The translations under genes and the position numbers were made by a program. 21,950 nucleotides of DNA from Fonticula alba ATCC 38817 (lineage: Eukaryota; Protista; Nucleariida). The notes below the pieces were generated by a model. That model was not told where the DNA came from and made no database searches. It saw only the letters and a program-made list of their open reading frames with translations. Position 1 is the stretch's first letter. Every line of letters starts with the position of its first letter. This document shows positions 20,207-21,950 of this stretch, piece by piece. The stretch lies in NCBI GenBank assembly GCA_000388065.2, contig KB932205.1; one strand, 5' to 3'.

Positions 20207-20936
20207 GGACGCCCCTGCAAGGCTATGGCCCCTCGGCTGCCCCCCGCCCGCCCCCCCTCCCCCGCCCCTGTGCCCTCGCACCCGTTTCGGCCCCCCGGTG
20301 CCCGAAGGCGCCCCGTGAGCGCCTCGCCATGCAAAGCTTGTGCCATCGGAGCGGCAGGCATTCCTCCAGGCTGGCCGGCCGCCATGCAGGGGTGCGGGGG
20401 CACCGCGCAGAGACGCACGGCGCACTTGCATGTGTGGGTATGCCTCATCCTCGGGCTCCGGGCGCCGACCTGCGCGCTGGCAGGTCGGGCGGATGAATCA
20501 TCGGCTTGCGGTGGGCGGCCTGCAAGCCGCGGGGGGGGGGGGGGACAACAGTGTTGGCAGCCTCGAGGCGGCCGGGATCGGCTGGGACGGGGAGTCGAAG
20601 CGTGCGCGCGCACGCGGGTGCCTGTGTCCGTGCATGCGCCCGCCCGCAAAAGTATGCGTTCCACGCATTCATAAGAACTTGCCTCACCACGGCCAAGACC
20701 GGGGGAGGGAGCAGGACCGGGCCGATGTGCCCCCTAGAGGAGGCAATAAAAAGCCCCCACCCCTTGCGTGGTTGCCCGTCGGCTCCTGCGTGTCTGTGTG
20801 TGTGTGTGTGTGCGTGTGTGTCTGTTACCCGCACCCGGGCGTGCAGGCTCACCTGTCCGCCCGCCGGCCGGGAGGGGGCCGCCTTTGGGCGGGGTATCCC
20901 TCGGTGGTTGGCGTGCCCGCGTCTGGTTGGTGCATC

Positions 20937-20959
20937 CGCGCGCGCGCGCGCGCGCGCGC
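20937..20959. repeat. (CG)11 dinucleotide repeat
   Basis: Directly visible. Confidence 0.95.
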
Positions 20960-21950
20960 CCTCGCATGAGCCATCGGCCTTGGCACGCGGGATTCCTGAA
21001 ACAGGACCGCTGCCGACCTGGGCTCCCCCTGCGCCCGGCTGAGACCGGGCGCCGGTTGGTCGACCGGCGGCGAGGGCCTTTCCGTGAGCGCGCGCGCGCC
21101 ATGCCTTCTTCGGCGCCGGGTCTGGGGAATTCTCCGGTCCCCACGGCTGGCATCATCTGAGGGTCGGTCGGGGCAAACCCACTCGGGGCGAGAAGGGAAG
21201 TATGCAAGCAACTTCCAGCATCGGCCCCACTCCGGCCGTCCGTCTTCGGCGGGGGAGGACTCTTTTGTGGCTGGCGGGTTGCGACGACGGGTGCGCGCGC
21301 GTGCTCATGCGCGCCCCGCCGGCCGGCCGGGGCCACACTTCGCGGGCGAGCCCGCATGCATCGACACAATCGTCTGCGAGGGTGCCTGCTGTCGGCTCCG
21401 GGGCGGGCCGGGGTGGGGGGGGGGCGGGGGGGCCGCACAGGCTCGCACGCAGCCCATATCACCTGCCAAGAAAAGGAGCCCGAGAGGCGAGGGGGCTCAT
21501 ACATGGGGATATATATGATAATATGCCATAATCAGCCAAATAATGCCGCTGCTTGTGTAAGACGCCTGGGTCGTGGCGTCGCCGGCAACGCCCGGGGCCC
21601 ATCTGGCCTGCCCCCGGCGCGCGAAAGCACCGAAGGCCCGTGGCCGATGACGAGATACGTGGCGATGCCCGTCGCCGGTGGCACGCCGAAAGGATCCCCA
21701 CCAGGAGGTAAGGGACCGGAGGCCGGGGGGCCGGGCGAGGGGCCGGGGCTCGGAGGCGTGGGGGGATGGCTCAGCCCGCGCCCGGCCCGCCAGGGGGTGC
21801 GCGGCCGGACTGCAGGAGGGGCGCGGGGGGCCGGCGCGGGTGCGCGCGTGCAGGCACCAACGCCCCTGTGTCCCACGGACCTCCGCCTCACGAAGACGGG
21901 GGGGCCAGGGGGGGAGACCCTGGCCGGCTACGTGGCCTCGGGGGGGGGGG

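Noticed and set aside
19000-21950. Many 60-250 aa ORFs on both strands
   Set aside because: R/G/P/A-rich, cross dinucleotide repeats, no recognisable motifs and no coherent exon chain found.
1-21950. tRNA, rRNA, snoRNA or transposon signatures
   Set aside because: No cloverleaf or T-loop outside CDS, no rRNA-like sequence, no convincing C/D box pair (ATGATAA at ~21515 is not RTGATGA), and no transposase/RT motifs or TIR-TSD pairs recognised. A covariance-model scan was not possible.

Overview
GC-rich eukaryotic genomic DNA with spliceosomal introns, many microsatellites and G/C runs, and three N gaps. Five intron-containing protein-coding genes can be built with frame-consistent GT-AG junctions. 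(1) A ~975-aa bZIP transcription factor (+, 26-3296). (2) A PDI of the ERp38/TigA/Dictyostelium-PDI type, Trx-Trx-ERp29C (+, 3764-5319). (3) A plant-ICME-type isoprenylcysteine methylesterase with large insertions (-, 9591-5681). (4) GPI transamidase subunit PIG-S/Gpi17 (-, 13270-10976). (5) A WD40 protein with a long low-complexity N-terminus (-, 17222-13885). The last ~4.7 kb has no recognisable gene but is rich in non-B-DNA-type motifs. The composition and intron style suggest a GC-rich protist or early holomycotan; Fonticula alba is my guess from memory and is unverified. No rRNA, tRNA, CRISPR array or transposon was recognised. Best leads: a possible IRE1-type 23-nt element behind the bZIP zipper (weak to moderate), non-canonical PDI active sites, the ICME homologue, and 15 of 15 predicted splice donors lacking +4 A. 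All family assignments are by-eye motif recognition, not database searches.
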